Assembly (NCBI GenBank): GCA_002633005.1
Contig: NMRA01000031.1
Span: 396,888-460,546, forward strand
Direction: 5' to 3'
DNA length: 63,659 nt
Source of the DNA: Phoronis australis
Lineage: Eukaryota > Animalia > Phoronida
Shown: positions 26,901 through 39,900 of the stretch, in pieces
How the letters are laid out: each line of letters starts with the position of its first letter
Numbering within the stretch: the first letter of the stretch is position 1
Translations under genes and position numbers: made by a program
The notes under the pieces: model-generated
The model's database searches: none
What the model was told of the DNA's origin: nothing
Seen by the model: the letters and a program-made list of their open reading frames with translations, nothing else

Positions 26901-28648
26901 TTGTAGTTATTGTTAGATTCTATTCAATCAGCTGTCTGTGCTTTGCTGCTTTCAGGGCACGCACTGGGGCTTGCCGATTTATTTACATAAACATTGTTGA
27001 TTCAATAGCCGCATTACGCCCTGGTGCGACAGTACTATCCTAAACATGCTGTTTCTCATACAGTTTAGTGACGGCATGGGCTTTGTTTTAAGTCCACGAC
27101 AACTGTCTGAAATGAGTGGTTGATCTATCAGTTGATAATACTTTAATTTTCCAATAGATATAGGCAAAGTCAAATGGATTTGCTGTCCTTAATTCAACTA
27201 AATTCCAATCAGGCGCGTGTGACACTGGCTGACACTGCGGATCATTAAAATCGTTAATAACGGGCTCATTTCTGTCTGAGAATGTTTAACTGCATTCCTA
27301 TTTAGCCACATGGACATTTTTAGGATTTTCGAGTCGTCGTACTTACGCTTCTTGAGTGGAGACTCCGTCGCCTTTTCAAAAGACAAGGACCCATGGAACC
27401 CCGCAGAGGGGGTACGGAAAGTTAAAGACGTGCACTCAGCTATATTGAAACTATTACCTTTGGGTTCATTTTGTCGTAACATTAAAACAGACTTCTTTAC
27501 AAACATTGCACTTGACTGTATTTTTGCTCGGGTGCAGCTGGAAATTTTGGATACCCATTTAGAAAGTGGACTGGGAAAAGATACTCATTTGTAGGAAGCT
27601 CCGATGAAAAAGTCACCCTTTTATTCCAGAAGTACCACCCTTTTGATAGGGTTGATTCCAAAAAATCTCGGGTTCTCTGTCACGACTGTCAATCCACTGG
27701 GGCCTAAGTCTGGAACACAAGCAGAGACGCCATGTTGGGAACTTCCCGACCACATGATAGAATGTGGTTTACATGGATGACTGTGCAATCATATTTGCGC
27801 TACATGACGCCAGCATTAAAGCTACAAGTTACGAGTCTGAGCTTTAAATTTCGAGTTCTACTCAAAATCTTGAGTTTCTAGTCGAGTTTGCACAGTAGCT
27901 AGAATCTTGTGGTCATAAAGAGCGAATTTGGATTGTTCACCCATTTGCACCACTAAAAGTAAAAATTAAACTAAAAAATCATACCAAATTCAGTTAAGTT
28001 TGAAAATTTACAAGTTCTGTTGAATAACCATTATTTATGCTTAACTTTCGACGGAACGAACTTGCATTAAATCAGTTTATGAAGTTTATAGCTAAAATGA
28101 ATCGGACAGAGTATCTTTAAACTAGAATGGAAAATAACAATTTTTCGATTTTGAGTTCGAGTAAAGAGATTAGGCCCTTGTTTCCAGTCGTATAGCATTA
28201 AAGACGACTAAATCAAAAGTTAGTTACTTTGACGAAACGGGGGTTTAAACCGCTTTAATTCATCTAACGACAGCCACTGCAGCCCGGTATAGACAAACTC
28301 CTGGGACCTGCGCCTCTTAGGAAAAAATGCTTGCCAGATGCAAAACTTGTTGACGACGTGGAAAACATTTTTTGGCGTTGTTTGTTCTAAAAACACAATT
28401 CCCAGTTGTCTAGGAAACAAAATGCAACCTTAATTACTGCCCTTATATAATAACAATAACAAATGTTTGCGATACCCTATCCATTAATTATCCCGAAATG
28501 AGTTAGTCGGCCGTAAAATCGACAATATCCGTGTAAAGACATCACTAATTGTCTTTCTCCTCTAAATCTGCCACGTGACATGATACAAGGTATAAGTCCC
28601 AGGAAAGACCACATGCCTTCGGTACCAACGCGTTCACTAGGGCACGAC

Positions 28649-29031
28649 CATGAAGTCCTTCCGAACGAGAACTTTTCAGCGCTTTGAAATGTGTTATCCA
28701 ACGCGCACCATTGCTTAATCAACGCGTAGTATTAGTTATTCAACGCGCAGAATTGGTTATTCAATTAATTTTTCAATGCGTAGTTTTAATTAGTCAAGCC
28801 ATGTTTCTTCTGTACTGCGTTTTCGGCTGTACGTACTGACTGTAAACTTGTCCTTTATTGGACAAATGAAATTCGGTGTGGGTTAAATAAGCACAGAAAT
28901 AATCGCTTTAGAACCGTATTCTGTCCGCTGAGTAACTAACTCAGCGCGTTTATTAAGCAACTGTGTGCGTTGAATAAGCACATTTCGACCCGCAGAAACG
29001 TACTCCTTTATGGACCCTTTGGAGCTTCATG
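28649..29031. mobile_element. MITE with imperfect TIRs and ttattcaacgcg subrepeats
   Basis: catgaag...gaaatgtgttatccaacgcgca versus tgcgttgaataagcacatttc...cttcatg. Confidence 0.6.
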
Positions 29032-29786
29032 TACGGCGCTATCTATGCAACACCTAGTACATACGCATCTGCTGGATTCCAGCATCGGTGCAAGTTTCGT
29101 ACTGTCCACCAGGTGGATGGGTAGTAGCAAAGACGTATAGACTGGTCTCTGGTAGTTGCAAGATATAGTTCAGTAAGTTTTGTCAGTGGCAATAGTGCAG
29201 CCGCGACATCGTTATTCGTGACCAAAGAGCTTTCTTTGGCTTGAAATATGAATAATAAAAATAAACACCAGTATCTCCGTTGGCTGGTGGAGTTAGCTTA
29301 CTACGAGATTGCTGCTCTCGTTTGTCACTTCACGTCTTTTCTAACTTGCTTTTGCAAATCCAGTGAGCCGTCTCTTCATCGTTTCTTAATTACTGCAGTA
29401 TTTTAAATTCTACGAACGCAATATATTGTTATGAAGAGAATTTTGGGGGACGTGCAGTACTAGTCAACATCAGTGGAGTCGCGGGAGCATTTTCACATTT
29501 GGCTCGGAAATGGCCGAGGAATAAAGTCGGCAATGGGGAGCCTCCCCCAGAAGATTTTGAAAATTCAAGTTTCATTTGGTGATGGAAATATTGGTCCGAC
29601 GGTTGTCGGACCTGCCAGACCAATTCCGGCGCCAATAAACTGTATTTACTCAGTTCATGTTCAAGTGTCCATGCGCTGTGACATTTCTAATGACAATTCT
29701 AGTTATAGGTCAAAGTAATAACAGAGTAATAACAGAAAACAAATTACAAGCCGCCTTGAGCAATAATCTATTTACAATACATCTGT

Positions 29787-29849
29787 GTACACACACACGC
29801 ACACGCACACATACACACGCACGCACACACGCGCATCCACATCCACACG
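29787..29849. repeat. Imperfect (CA)n/(CACG)n microsatellite
   Basis: acacacacacgcacacgcacacatacacacgcacgcacacacgcgc. Confidence 0.9.
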
Positions 29850-32800
29850 TTTCGCCTCTTAACTGAAAACATCATCAGTGGAAAAAAACACACCGGTAAG
29901 ATGAACAATGCAAATGACTAGTCACTAAAAATTGAAATGTTTGGATATGTGTGTATGAGTTGAAAATAGGTGCATGACATTGATTGTTGCCAAAGCCTTT
30001 GTTATCTATTTTCTGTTACATTTTTTCTGCAGCAGCACGCACAACGAAATACCATACAACGAACATATCATAGTCGTTGCTGTGGTTACAGAACAAGAGG
30101 CAATCTTAAGTAACAATTAGCGTCGTTAAAGTTATCTAACACAGACATGTTATGCTAGTGTTTCAATTGTTAAAAGCATTTTGCCGTTTTTTAAATAAAC
30201 TGGCGTAGATATAGAACCGAATAATGTTTATCAGTACAGTTGCTAACGTTGCGAGTGACAGCGATGGTTGCTAATGCACGCAGTATAGTACTGAAACGGT
30301 TCGGTTTAGGATGTTGTTTTTTGTTACGTTTTTTCACCAAAGTACCTGTATCCAGAAAAGTAATAGATAAACCCACATTACCCAACAAAAGCTGGGCAGT
30401 TGTGATGGAAACCTTACTTATGCGACTCATCTCGTGCGAGTGGGGGTGAGCACCCAGTTCAAAGCTAAAACGTATTCATATACTAATTTTATGATAAAAA
30501 TATTCATATCAAACTCAACAACTCTGATTATTGACCCAAAAACAAGTTTAAACTTACGCACAGTTTGTTTTTTTTTTGCGCGCAATATATTTCAACCCGT
30601 TTGATATGTCTCTGTGCCCCTAGCATTGTCTAATTAGTTATTTTTTAACGATTGTTGTTCACATGAGAACTATTTACAGCCAAACGTAAAGCGGTAACAA
30701 ACATGAGTTCCGTAAATGGAACTAAATTTTGATATAGATCACTTACCAATCGCTATAAAATCTTTGTGTCAACTACATCCTTACACAGATGAGAAGTGAT
30801 TATGGTATTGCACAGCACTGGCTTAGTCTCCTGCACAGACCCTCGAGCAATCCGTGACGTCATCTTGTGAGGCCCGGGAACCAGGTTAATCACTGGCTGT
30901 TCGTTACTCCTCCAAGACCGTGTCCGGTGAATAAAATGACAAGCCGTGACAAGTCAACTTATAGAGCCTCGGTTTCAAGCAAAAACGGACTGCCAATACT
31001 TCCCACGCCCAGAAATCATACCTATTTTGACTTAGGAGAGTTTTGAAACCAATTTCATAACTGTAAATGATATAAATATGTTTTTGTGACGGAAGGCGGT
31101 GGGGATTATAGGTAGTTCAAGGTTATGAAGGACCCTAGAAAATTGTATTGTATTTCATGATTTTTTTGTAAAAATATAAAGTTGCGTTAAATGAAAACGA
31201 AATGAGTGTATAGAAAACTATAGCAGTTTTCTGAGATTTCATTACAAACGTTCATATCAAACGAAACTTGGCCACGGTATTGATAATAAGTTGTTTTGCT
31301 AAAGGATGTAGCAATTCATTTTTGCGACATTTTACTAAACAAACGTGGTCATTTGAACTGATTAACAGTAAATTGGTAAAAAGTCAAACATCAAAATCTA
31401 CAGGCTTTCTTCTTTTAGGAAATATGTACCTTTACTCAGTTCAAATGTACAGACCAGTCGATAAGGTCCTACATAACGTTAACGTAACTTCATGTGTTAT
31501 AAGTGCCATCAATTTACAAGACAGATTAACACTATGAAAACAAAACAAGTTTCAAACTTATGCTCCAACAACGAGCAGAAGCACTGGTGTAAACGGATGT
31601 TTATTACACGATCAAGCTTTCTGTCGAAAATACAGTAAAGCACTGGCCTCGCACGTCACGAACACCTGTTGCTGGCCGCCTAGTAATAAACATTCCAAAT
31701 TAAATTACCATCTACATTATGGTGTCGTGAACTTGGAAAAAACAGCGCCGGTAGGCCCTATACTCCTACAGATAATCATAATTGGTATTCTGGGTTAAAT
31801 TTAGTTAAATCTAATTCGATACAAGCAGGTCACAGGGAGTAAGCATACGTACACCACCTACATCTTGGCTTGCGCGTCAGCCGGCAACTACTGTTTGAAC
31901 TAAAGGACATTTATGCCCCCAAAGGAGGTCGACAGGTGGTGGCTCAAGTCAACCTTGTCAATAAAGACATGTCGGATTGCACTCATGGGGTTTTGACGAT
32001 GCGTCTCTTCAGAGGTTTTAAAACTTTTAGTAGTTGCCGCACCAAAGTTGGGCGAATAAGACGAAAAAATCAAAATAAACCTAATTTATGGTATTTATTA
32101 CACCAAAATGAATCATCTTTGATACAGGAAAAAAAATCCCCAAGTAGTGTATCCTCGCATTTTCTAACAATAATGAAACTCCATCGGGGTCCCACGCTTA
32201 TTGGTGATGCTGGAATATGCCGCTTTAGCGGGGAGTCTTTGTACCCGCTTCAAAGAGGATTCGTTTCGATGTATAAAATACCAAAAATTCGCTTTAGTTT
32301 GAATTTTAGCTGCCTATTTCGCCAACTTGGGCCAGCAGAGAACTTTATGACATTTGTTGTAGTGACGTGTGAATGTTTTAATCAATATATTACCAAGAAT
32401 AACATATGGAAATGCTGTTTTGTGTTTAATACAATGGCAACATGTATTCCGTTGGGCGTGAGATAAGAGACTTTTAGATTATCCATTTTGGTCCAGAAAA
32501 ACTTGACGTACGGATAAGCTCTGAAGTAACCAGGTGTTACAAGCCTCGTGAGGACTAAGCCCATTGGCCGGAGGTTGGGAGAAAAACTCGTCAAGACCGA
32601 GTAGTCAAACGATTTCTGGAAAACTTTCCGTAGCTCATAAATACCCGGAGCAAGACCGATGAAATCAAATTCTGTCCACGTAAGAACCTATCGGAGCGTT
32701 TTCTCGGCAATAGGATGCCAGGGAAAATATCCGCTTAGCACACTAGGTGGCACTGAAATAAAGTAGTGTCCGTGAATTGATCTGATTGCAAATTTAACAA

Positions 32801-32997
32801 GTATATTCACATTGCACACGAATGTCAGTATCCACCTGTCGGGAGACTGCCACACCAAACGAGACTGTACGCAAGTCGTTTCCAATTAATTCTTCAGTCA
32901 CGTACCACGACCTTATTTACCAGGGATGTAGTATCTTTGTCACGACACAAGGTCTTCAATTTTCGCCAATCATTACGTGCAGATGGAGAAGCACGCG

Positions 32998-33374
32998 TCC
33001 GGGGGGTACCCCCATACAAGACGGGTAAACGGGACGTGGAATGGGTGGCTTTTTCATGACCAGTTTCAGTACCAAAGGGTGTCCATTTCAAGTTAGAGCC
33101 CACAACACAGTTCACTCCACAAAAGGTTCACGTTCCACACAAAAAATACAAAAAGTTTTTCAATAATATGAATCTATACTTGGAAAACTAGAAGTTGACA
33201 ACATGAAATCTCTTCTTGCACTGCCAATGGATCTAGAGGATGTCCAAATACACGAGCAAAAGGCGTATGGAAAAGAAATCTATGAAAGGCAATGAAACCA
33301 TACCAATTGGTCCCTTTTCTACTTCACTTTCAAAATGGGTGGATATCCTACTTTTGCAGCTGCACCCCCCCGGG
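32998..33374. mobile_element. MITE with CCCGGGGGG-type termini and perfect 8-bp TSD
   Basis: tccggggggtac ... gcacccccccggg, flanked on both sides by agcacgcg (32990-32997, 33375-33382). Confidence 0.88.
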
Positions 33375-35593
33375 AGCACGCGCCGAGTACTATCGAATCA
33401 AAAGTGCAACTAAAGCCCTACGTACTCGGCCGAGAAAATGTACGTGCACACCAAATCAGTCGGTACCACGGCAATATTTTCCCAAAACCTATAAAGTGAA
33501 CCCCTTCGTATAGGGGAGTTATAACGCAGATGCATTTACAAAGAAGAAATATAAATACTTTTCTTCCAAAGGATTGTGGCGGTAATAAAACCCCATCGTC
33601 TTCATGACACCTGCAAATACATGCTCGGTGCTTTATATTTCAAACGACAAGTCGTTTACGACGACTGATATCAAACTTGAAGAATCGATAGTCTGCAGAA
33701 TATAATACACTATACCCAGACTGTACAGACAGCATGATACACTTAAAAATCATAGAGTATTCTCTCAAGAAAAAACTATGGCCCCACTTCTATTCAATTT
33801 TGAAAAACTAGAAACTGGCATGAAAATAGTTTATTAAACTTCCAAAAGTTCTGCAGAATAATACATGTTTAAGTAACAAATATTTATACATATCTCTAAT
33901 GGCTAACGGTCATTGTGACACTGTCATTGACGACAACAATTAGATAACATTAACAGTCTACTCTAAATCAATATATACACCTCACCGGCTGACTGCGGGG
34001 AGTCCCACAGAATGTCGCCGGTGTTCAGTACACACTTCGAGCCACATATCTACAGCAAGCAATCTTTAGTCTAGAGAATGCAACTCACGACTGCCAATCA
34101 TAAACACAGGGATAATGTGAAGGAAGTAGGCAAAATAGGACAACCAGACAGACGGGATTGTTTAAAAAGACCGTGAGCGCAATTTACCACCTATCATAAC
34201 AATGCAGAGCGTAGCTAACTTTCATCACCTAAAGCGAGAATAGACCTGCCCTACCTTAGGTAGACCCACGGTCTAAGTAACTGGTCTGGTCTGAAGTACC
34301 AACGAATCTCCAGTTGTTCCTGTAGCTTAGAAAGCATTTCCAACTGAAGTAAGATGACACATGAGCCACATTGCCTCCACAGTAAGCGCCAGAACGTACA
34401 AGTGTTTTCTTGAAAGAAGGCGTACAAGTCTATTGAGGTGGAAACTTATAAAAACTGACCAGAATGAGTAACTAAGACAGGTGACCATAGATGTCACTAG
34501 TTACGCAGCAACCATGACCAGTAAGCCTCAAAATGTGGGGGGGTTGGGGTGACTGGCAGGCCTTCCAAAGCTTGTACTTAATTATCACAACCAGCTACCC
34601 GCAGTCAACCATTTTTAATACAAAGTTATTCGTTGTGGTTAAAGTCAAGGCTGACAGTGCTGGGGGTGTGATATGGAGGGCCTCACATACAGAGCAGCTC
34701 AATAAACCACCTGCACACCAATAAGTCTGCCATGGATCATAGCCACAATACATCAACAAGGATTATCCACTGCTTCTAGTAAGTAGTTGTGGTCCACCGT
34801 TAACAGCAATTAACAAAGTACTGCACATATACATAACTTACATATGGACAATATACAAATGCTACGCAGTGCATAACCACACAAAAATCGACATCAAAGA
34901 TGGAAGGGAAATGAAATAGTGGGCAAACTTCCAACTTATCATCAACTTTCTTCTCTTCACCATCTTAAGATGTTCACAGCCTGCTTTTCATTACAAGGAC
35001 CTTTAATCACAGTGTAAATATTTGCAATAGCTTCAGATAGAATACTAAATCTAAACATAATAAAAACAGTCACTCATGACAAGCCCATGTTCTGATGAAA
35101 GGACGTGGTAATCCAATTTGTCCCTACAGAGCCTAATGACCAACAGGTGTGCCCATTACTTATGAAGACATTCTGTACTATGTTACACTAATGACACCCA
35201 TGGGATAGCAGCGGTGCAAAAACGAGCAAAATTAGGAAATTATGAATTAAACAAAAAGCATCAATGCATAATACAAATTGTTCAAAATAAGGTTCTCGAT
35301 CCTCGTCGGCAGGAGGGGGGGTCTGACGATGCATGAATATTGGGAGCACAGATTACCCTGTAACTACAATAACTGAAGAGTAGCGTGCACTCCAGACCCC
35401 CTCTAGATCCACGCCTATAACACTGCACCATTTCATAGATCCACAAAAATAAGTACAAAAGGCTGCACAAAAATATTTAAATGAGCTAAAACTTGACCAA
35501 CTTAGGACACAATACGGCAGTCAAGTCACATTTTATACTCTCACTTTTTCAATATAAGACATGGAGCTCCAACTTTACCGTAGTCAAGTTCTG

Positions 35594-35803
35594 GGACGCG
35601 TTCCAAGAAAACTGACTTGGCGAAAACAAATCTTATATTTTAGCCAACTTTAAGATAAAACTTAAATTCGTCTCAAACCAGTTTCAAGAAAGAGATCTTA
35701 AGTTTGACTTAAATTTTGTCTAAATTTTTACCAACTTACCCAATGAGGACAAATTTTGACTAAAGTCAAAAATGAACTTTAGTGAGTTTCTTGCAATGGA
35801 CCC
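35594..35803. mobile_element. PIF/Harbinger-type MITE (3-bp CTG TSD)
   Basis: ctg|ggacgcgttccaagaaaact ... agtttcttgcaatggaccc|ctg. Confidence 0.65.
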
Positions 35804-36796
35804 CTGTACCACAACTACCATCAAACAATATTTTGAAAAAATGCGGACATTCACAACAGTTAAAACTCCAGAAAAATGAAAAAAAACAGGTAATCTTGAT
35901 AATTATTTTTGTATGAAATTGGTGAGATTTTGCCATGCTCCAGTCTACATAGAACAGCCAACAAATCAATACAAAGCTGACACAACCTGTTGAAACAACC
36001 TCAGCGTGACCAGACCACACCTGACACGCAATTTATTTCCAATAAATCTAGTAATTAGTACCCACAAACCATAGTTCAACATACTTAGCTCACAAGTCAT
36101 AGGGCTAAGTTAGCAACGAAACAAATCCCCAGAAGTTAGATACTCACAAGCTTAGCCTTTGATGACACTGGGCATGAATATACACAGATGATCAACGATA
36201 ATTCTTGTCAGTGCCAGCTCATTCAAAATTTCACATTCAGTTAATATTGAAGGCACATTTGATAACAGCCACGTCACCCCAGGTCACCAATTTCTTAACA
36301 ACAGGCAGGAAAAATCTTGTCTTTCCAGCAAAGCACCTCATTAACACAACCCAAAACCATGACACAGGTCAAAGGTCGTGTTCAGTCAACATTCCCATAA
36401 CCTATTGAGGGCTGGCCAGACTAATGAAGAACACAAATCCCATTAAGTTCAAATAAAGTTCATTGAATGCACTCCCCAACAAAATTATGTAATTTCCAAA
36501 TCCTGTTGTCAACAAAGAAACAGCAGTAGACACAGAATATGATGGAACACATGGAACAAATTCTTGTGTCCACTGATTTGCGACCTTAAAGAAACCTCAG
36601 CTATAAACAGGGGTGAATCACCCAATCACAGATTTAAGTACATAAATACACATCACTCCATTGGTCAATGTTCTTCATTAATATGTAAAACAGTGTAACA
36701 AACAATGCTATTGGTGGAAATGAAGAACCAATCAATCTCACATCTCATAGAAGATGTTGACAGTAACCACTACTAAAACACTAAAAGAAAATACTG

Positions 36797-36955
36797 TTAA
36801 AATATGGCAAATAACTTCTTGGATTTCTTTGTTCCAGGCTGTTTGTTCTTTTGTTCTTTCTCCTGCTGTTTCCTCTCCTTCTCCTGCTGAACTGTGACAT
36901 CCTTGATCTTCTTTTTTAGCAGAGCACGGTCTTTACTGCTGTTTATGCCGAGAAC
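36797..36955 (-). CDS. PPP1R9A: Neurabin terminal exon (end of SAM, coiled coil, stop)
   Basis: ttttgttgcttcaag acceptor; VLGINSSKDRALLKKKIKDVTVQQEKERKQQEKEQKNKQPGTKKSKKLFAIF-TAA. Confidence 0.93.
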   Translation of the reverse strand, partial: VLGINSSKDRALLKKKIKDVTVQQEKERKQQEKEQKNKQPGTKKSKKLFAIF

Positions 36956-39900
36956 CTTGAAGCAACAAAACAGAAGGTGAAGTCAACAGACAAAGGACGA
37001 TGATGACGGTATGGCCATGATACCAGTAATGACGCAGAGGACTACCTTGAAGACCAGTACATCATCCACGATACTATCAACAATGCAGAGGACACGCCAT
37101 GTGCCTCTTGACCAGACTTACTAATTACCAAGCTTCAGAAAGGTCAGTCAAAGGACACCTCAGAGCTATAACACGAGAGATCAATACAAGAGAAGTCATC
37201 TGAAAATCTTAATGAATAACCAGTGAATGATAAGCTGTCATGAAAAGGAATGACATGCAGACTACAGCACTTGAAAAGATCCATCTAGATGCCAAATTTA
37301 AGACAGCTAATCAAAACATGTTGGTCAAAGTGTAATCTTGCATTCGACAGGGCTTGGAATGACCAATGACTAATAACACGGAAACTTTTACGGCCCAAAA
37401 CATGCGCGCTACCCAGTCTTGAAATAGATGTGAACCTTTCGCCCGACAAAAATCGAAAGGACTAAAAAAAAAACGTTACCACCATGCGTCTGCGTTATTT
37501 TATCTCGTCCATCCACTCCTCCACTCCCACCCCCACACATTTTTGGCTGCAGAGCCGTAGTATTTGTCGCCGCGGTTTACAATAACACGAGACGCCATTG
37601 AAAATCCCGCCACGCTATCCCAGATGCCCGGCAATGTTGACAATTTACGTTCCTCCGAAACGTAAAGAGCAACTTCCGCTTTTCAAGGTGAACATTGTCG
37701 GCAACGCCGCGGTAAGAAAGGAATTTGCCGCGGAAATTTTATATTAAATCCGATTTTTTTACGCGGAAATATAATAAAATGCGCGGACAGAACATTTGAA
37801 AAAAGCGGAAATCCGCGTTTCCGCGGAAAATTCCAAACCTTGATTCGATTTCGACCAAAAAACAATAAAATCAAAAGCAACCACCAACTCAGGAGAGTTC
37901 AACAAAAGTCATGCGTCAACGGTCGCCACAGGAGTGAAAAATACGTGATCTTCAAGTAAGATCTAGGAACCAGCAGCAGCAGAGATACATGGATTTTTTT
38001 ATGCATACTTTATCTGAGTAAACGCTGTTGACGGGGCTAGAAATAGTTTTTTCTAGTTAATAACATGTGGGCATCAGGGATAGCTTTACAATCGTTAATA
38101 TAAATATTACGCCATTGCCGCAAAAAAGCTCTCAAATTAAACACTGATCGAAGTTGAACATTTGGTGAATGCAATTAAGTGTTTTTGTCAATGCAAATAG
38201 CCCAAAACACCCTGCTGGGAATTTTTGTCGGAGAATGACCAGAAAATAAGGACATCTGAACAGAGAACTTACAAGTTTCATTTGTTGAAAAAACTCCATA
38301 ACATTAGAATCATATTATTACAGCGACATATGTGCGGTGAACAGCCGTCGGAACATCATAAATACACTATAATGAGAAGTGAGCCCTCCCGCCACATATG
38401 CGCTTACAAGTGACCTTGAAAGCAACAACGCCAGACTAATTAGCGAGTGAAGACTAATTATACAGAAAGATTGGTCATTGGAAATTTTTAAGTACTTCAA
38501 AATTATAATTATCAACCGTGAGTGAGAGGGAGGTCTGATCAAAGCCTGACCTCAAGTCTGAAAAAACACGCTTGATAACGAAACAATTTTCTCCCTCAAC
38601 TTGACCAATTGAACAATTTACAAGTTCTTTCACATTAATTCTGTTTTAAAGATTTATAAGCCATTTTCAGTTTTCTTGTTAATGATTTTTTGTACATCTC
38701 TTTGCATATACGCTTTATTACATTTATCGCAAATCACTTTGTGCTGATTCTGAAACAACACAACATATTTTGAAAAATCTACGAGAAAAGTCATTAAAAG
38801 GAGACAATGGGAGACTTTCAGGAAGCAATGGGGGCTGATCACGTGGGACCGGTGACTCATAGCGCCACCTAGCTGTACCAGGTGGTTCTTTGTCTTCGCG
38901 GCGGGTGGCATAGGGGAATGGTTGGACTTCGTAAAAAGACCCTTTTACAATGTATGTGATCACATGAAATGTGTTTTAAACGAAAATTATAAAATGCCTC
39001 CTTGTCCTCTAGAGGTCACTGATGTCCAGTCCAACGTGACGAGTCACCAAGTTGCTATTTGAAAGACTCCCGCTCCGCAACTGAATCATATTTTTATGCT
39101 GTATGAAAATTAAAGTGACCTGTCTTCCACAAACTCGTGTTTTTATCTTTCAGTTTCCACATAATCAACTGAAAATAATCAAAGTCCGTCCAAAGGTATA
39201 ACAACAGGCTAAGATTTGGGAAACTTCACCAACTGGTGGGCCAGGTTTCAGAAAATCCCTGTAAGTTTATGGAAGTAGGTTTACACTAGTAAGTTTACAA
39301 TTGCAAGTTTACGAAGCCAGCAAAGTGAAGCACTGTTCACCCAGCATTGCAGTGACACCTGGTGGTGGTGGTGGTGGTGAAAAGACCTACCTTCATCTTG
39401 TTGCTGTCCAGCTGCAGTAAGCCGGCGCCATCAATTGCCCTGTTGGTGAACTCGGGTGCGTACTGCTCCAACTCCAGTCCCATAAGCCACTGGCAGACCT
39501 GGTCGACGCTCCACTCATTCACTGGACCCGACGACCACTGGTTCATCTTGCGATTGTTCATCTCCTATCACATCCATTAATGACAGTTGAACACAAACCA
39601 CAAGACACAGACAACATCAAGGAGGATAACCCAGAATTATATGCAAGCTACAACCAATGCAGTGGATGGAACATGTTTTGAATAACCTAATGTGTCATTT
39701 AGCTTGGTGTGACTAGAGTTAGCTTTTGTCAAGACAGTGTCAATTATTCCATTAAAGCCTATCTTCAACGATAACACATGTAAAATTGGTTCCTACAGTA
39801 TGTTAAGAGCATCGCTTTGAGGCCACCAGTGTGATAGAAATATTTTTTGTAATAATGAAATTGACTAAAAATAAACGATTTCCCATGAATAGAGTCAAAA

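Noticed and set aside
31870-32466. 198-aa ORF
   Set aside because: TTG start, no domain or splice support; more likely a degenerate TTAA-type non-autonomous element.
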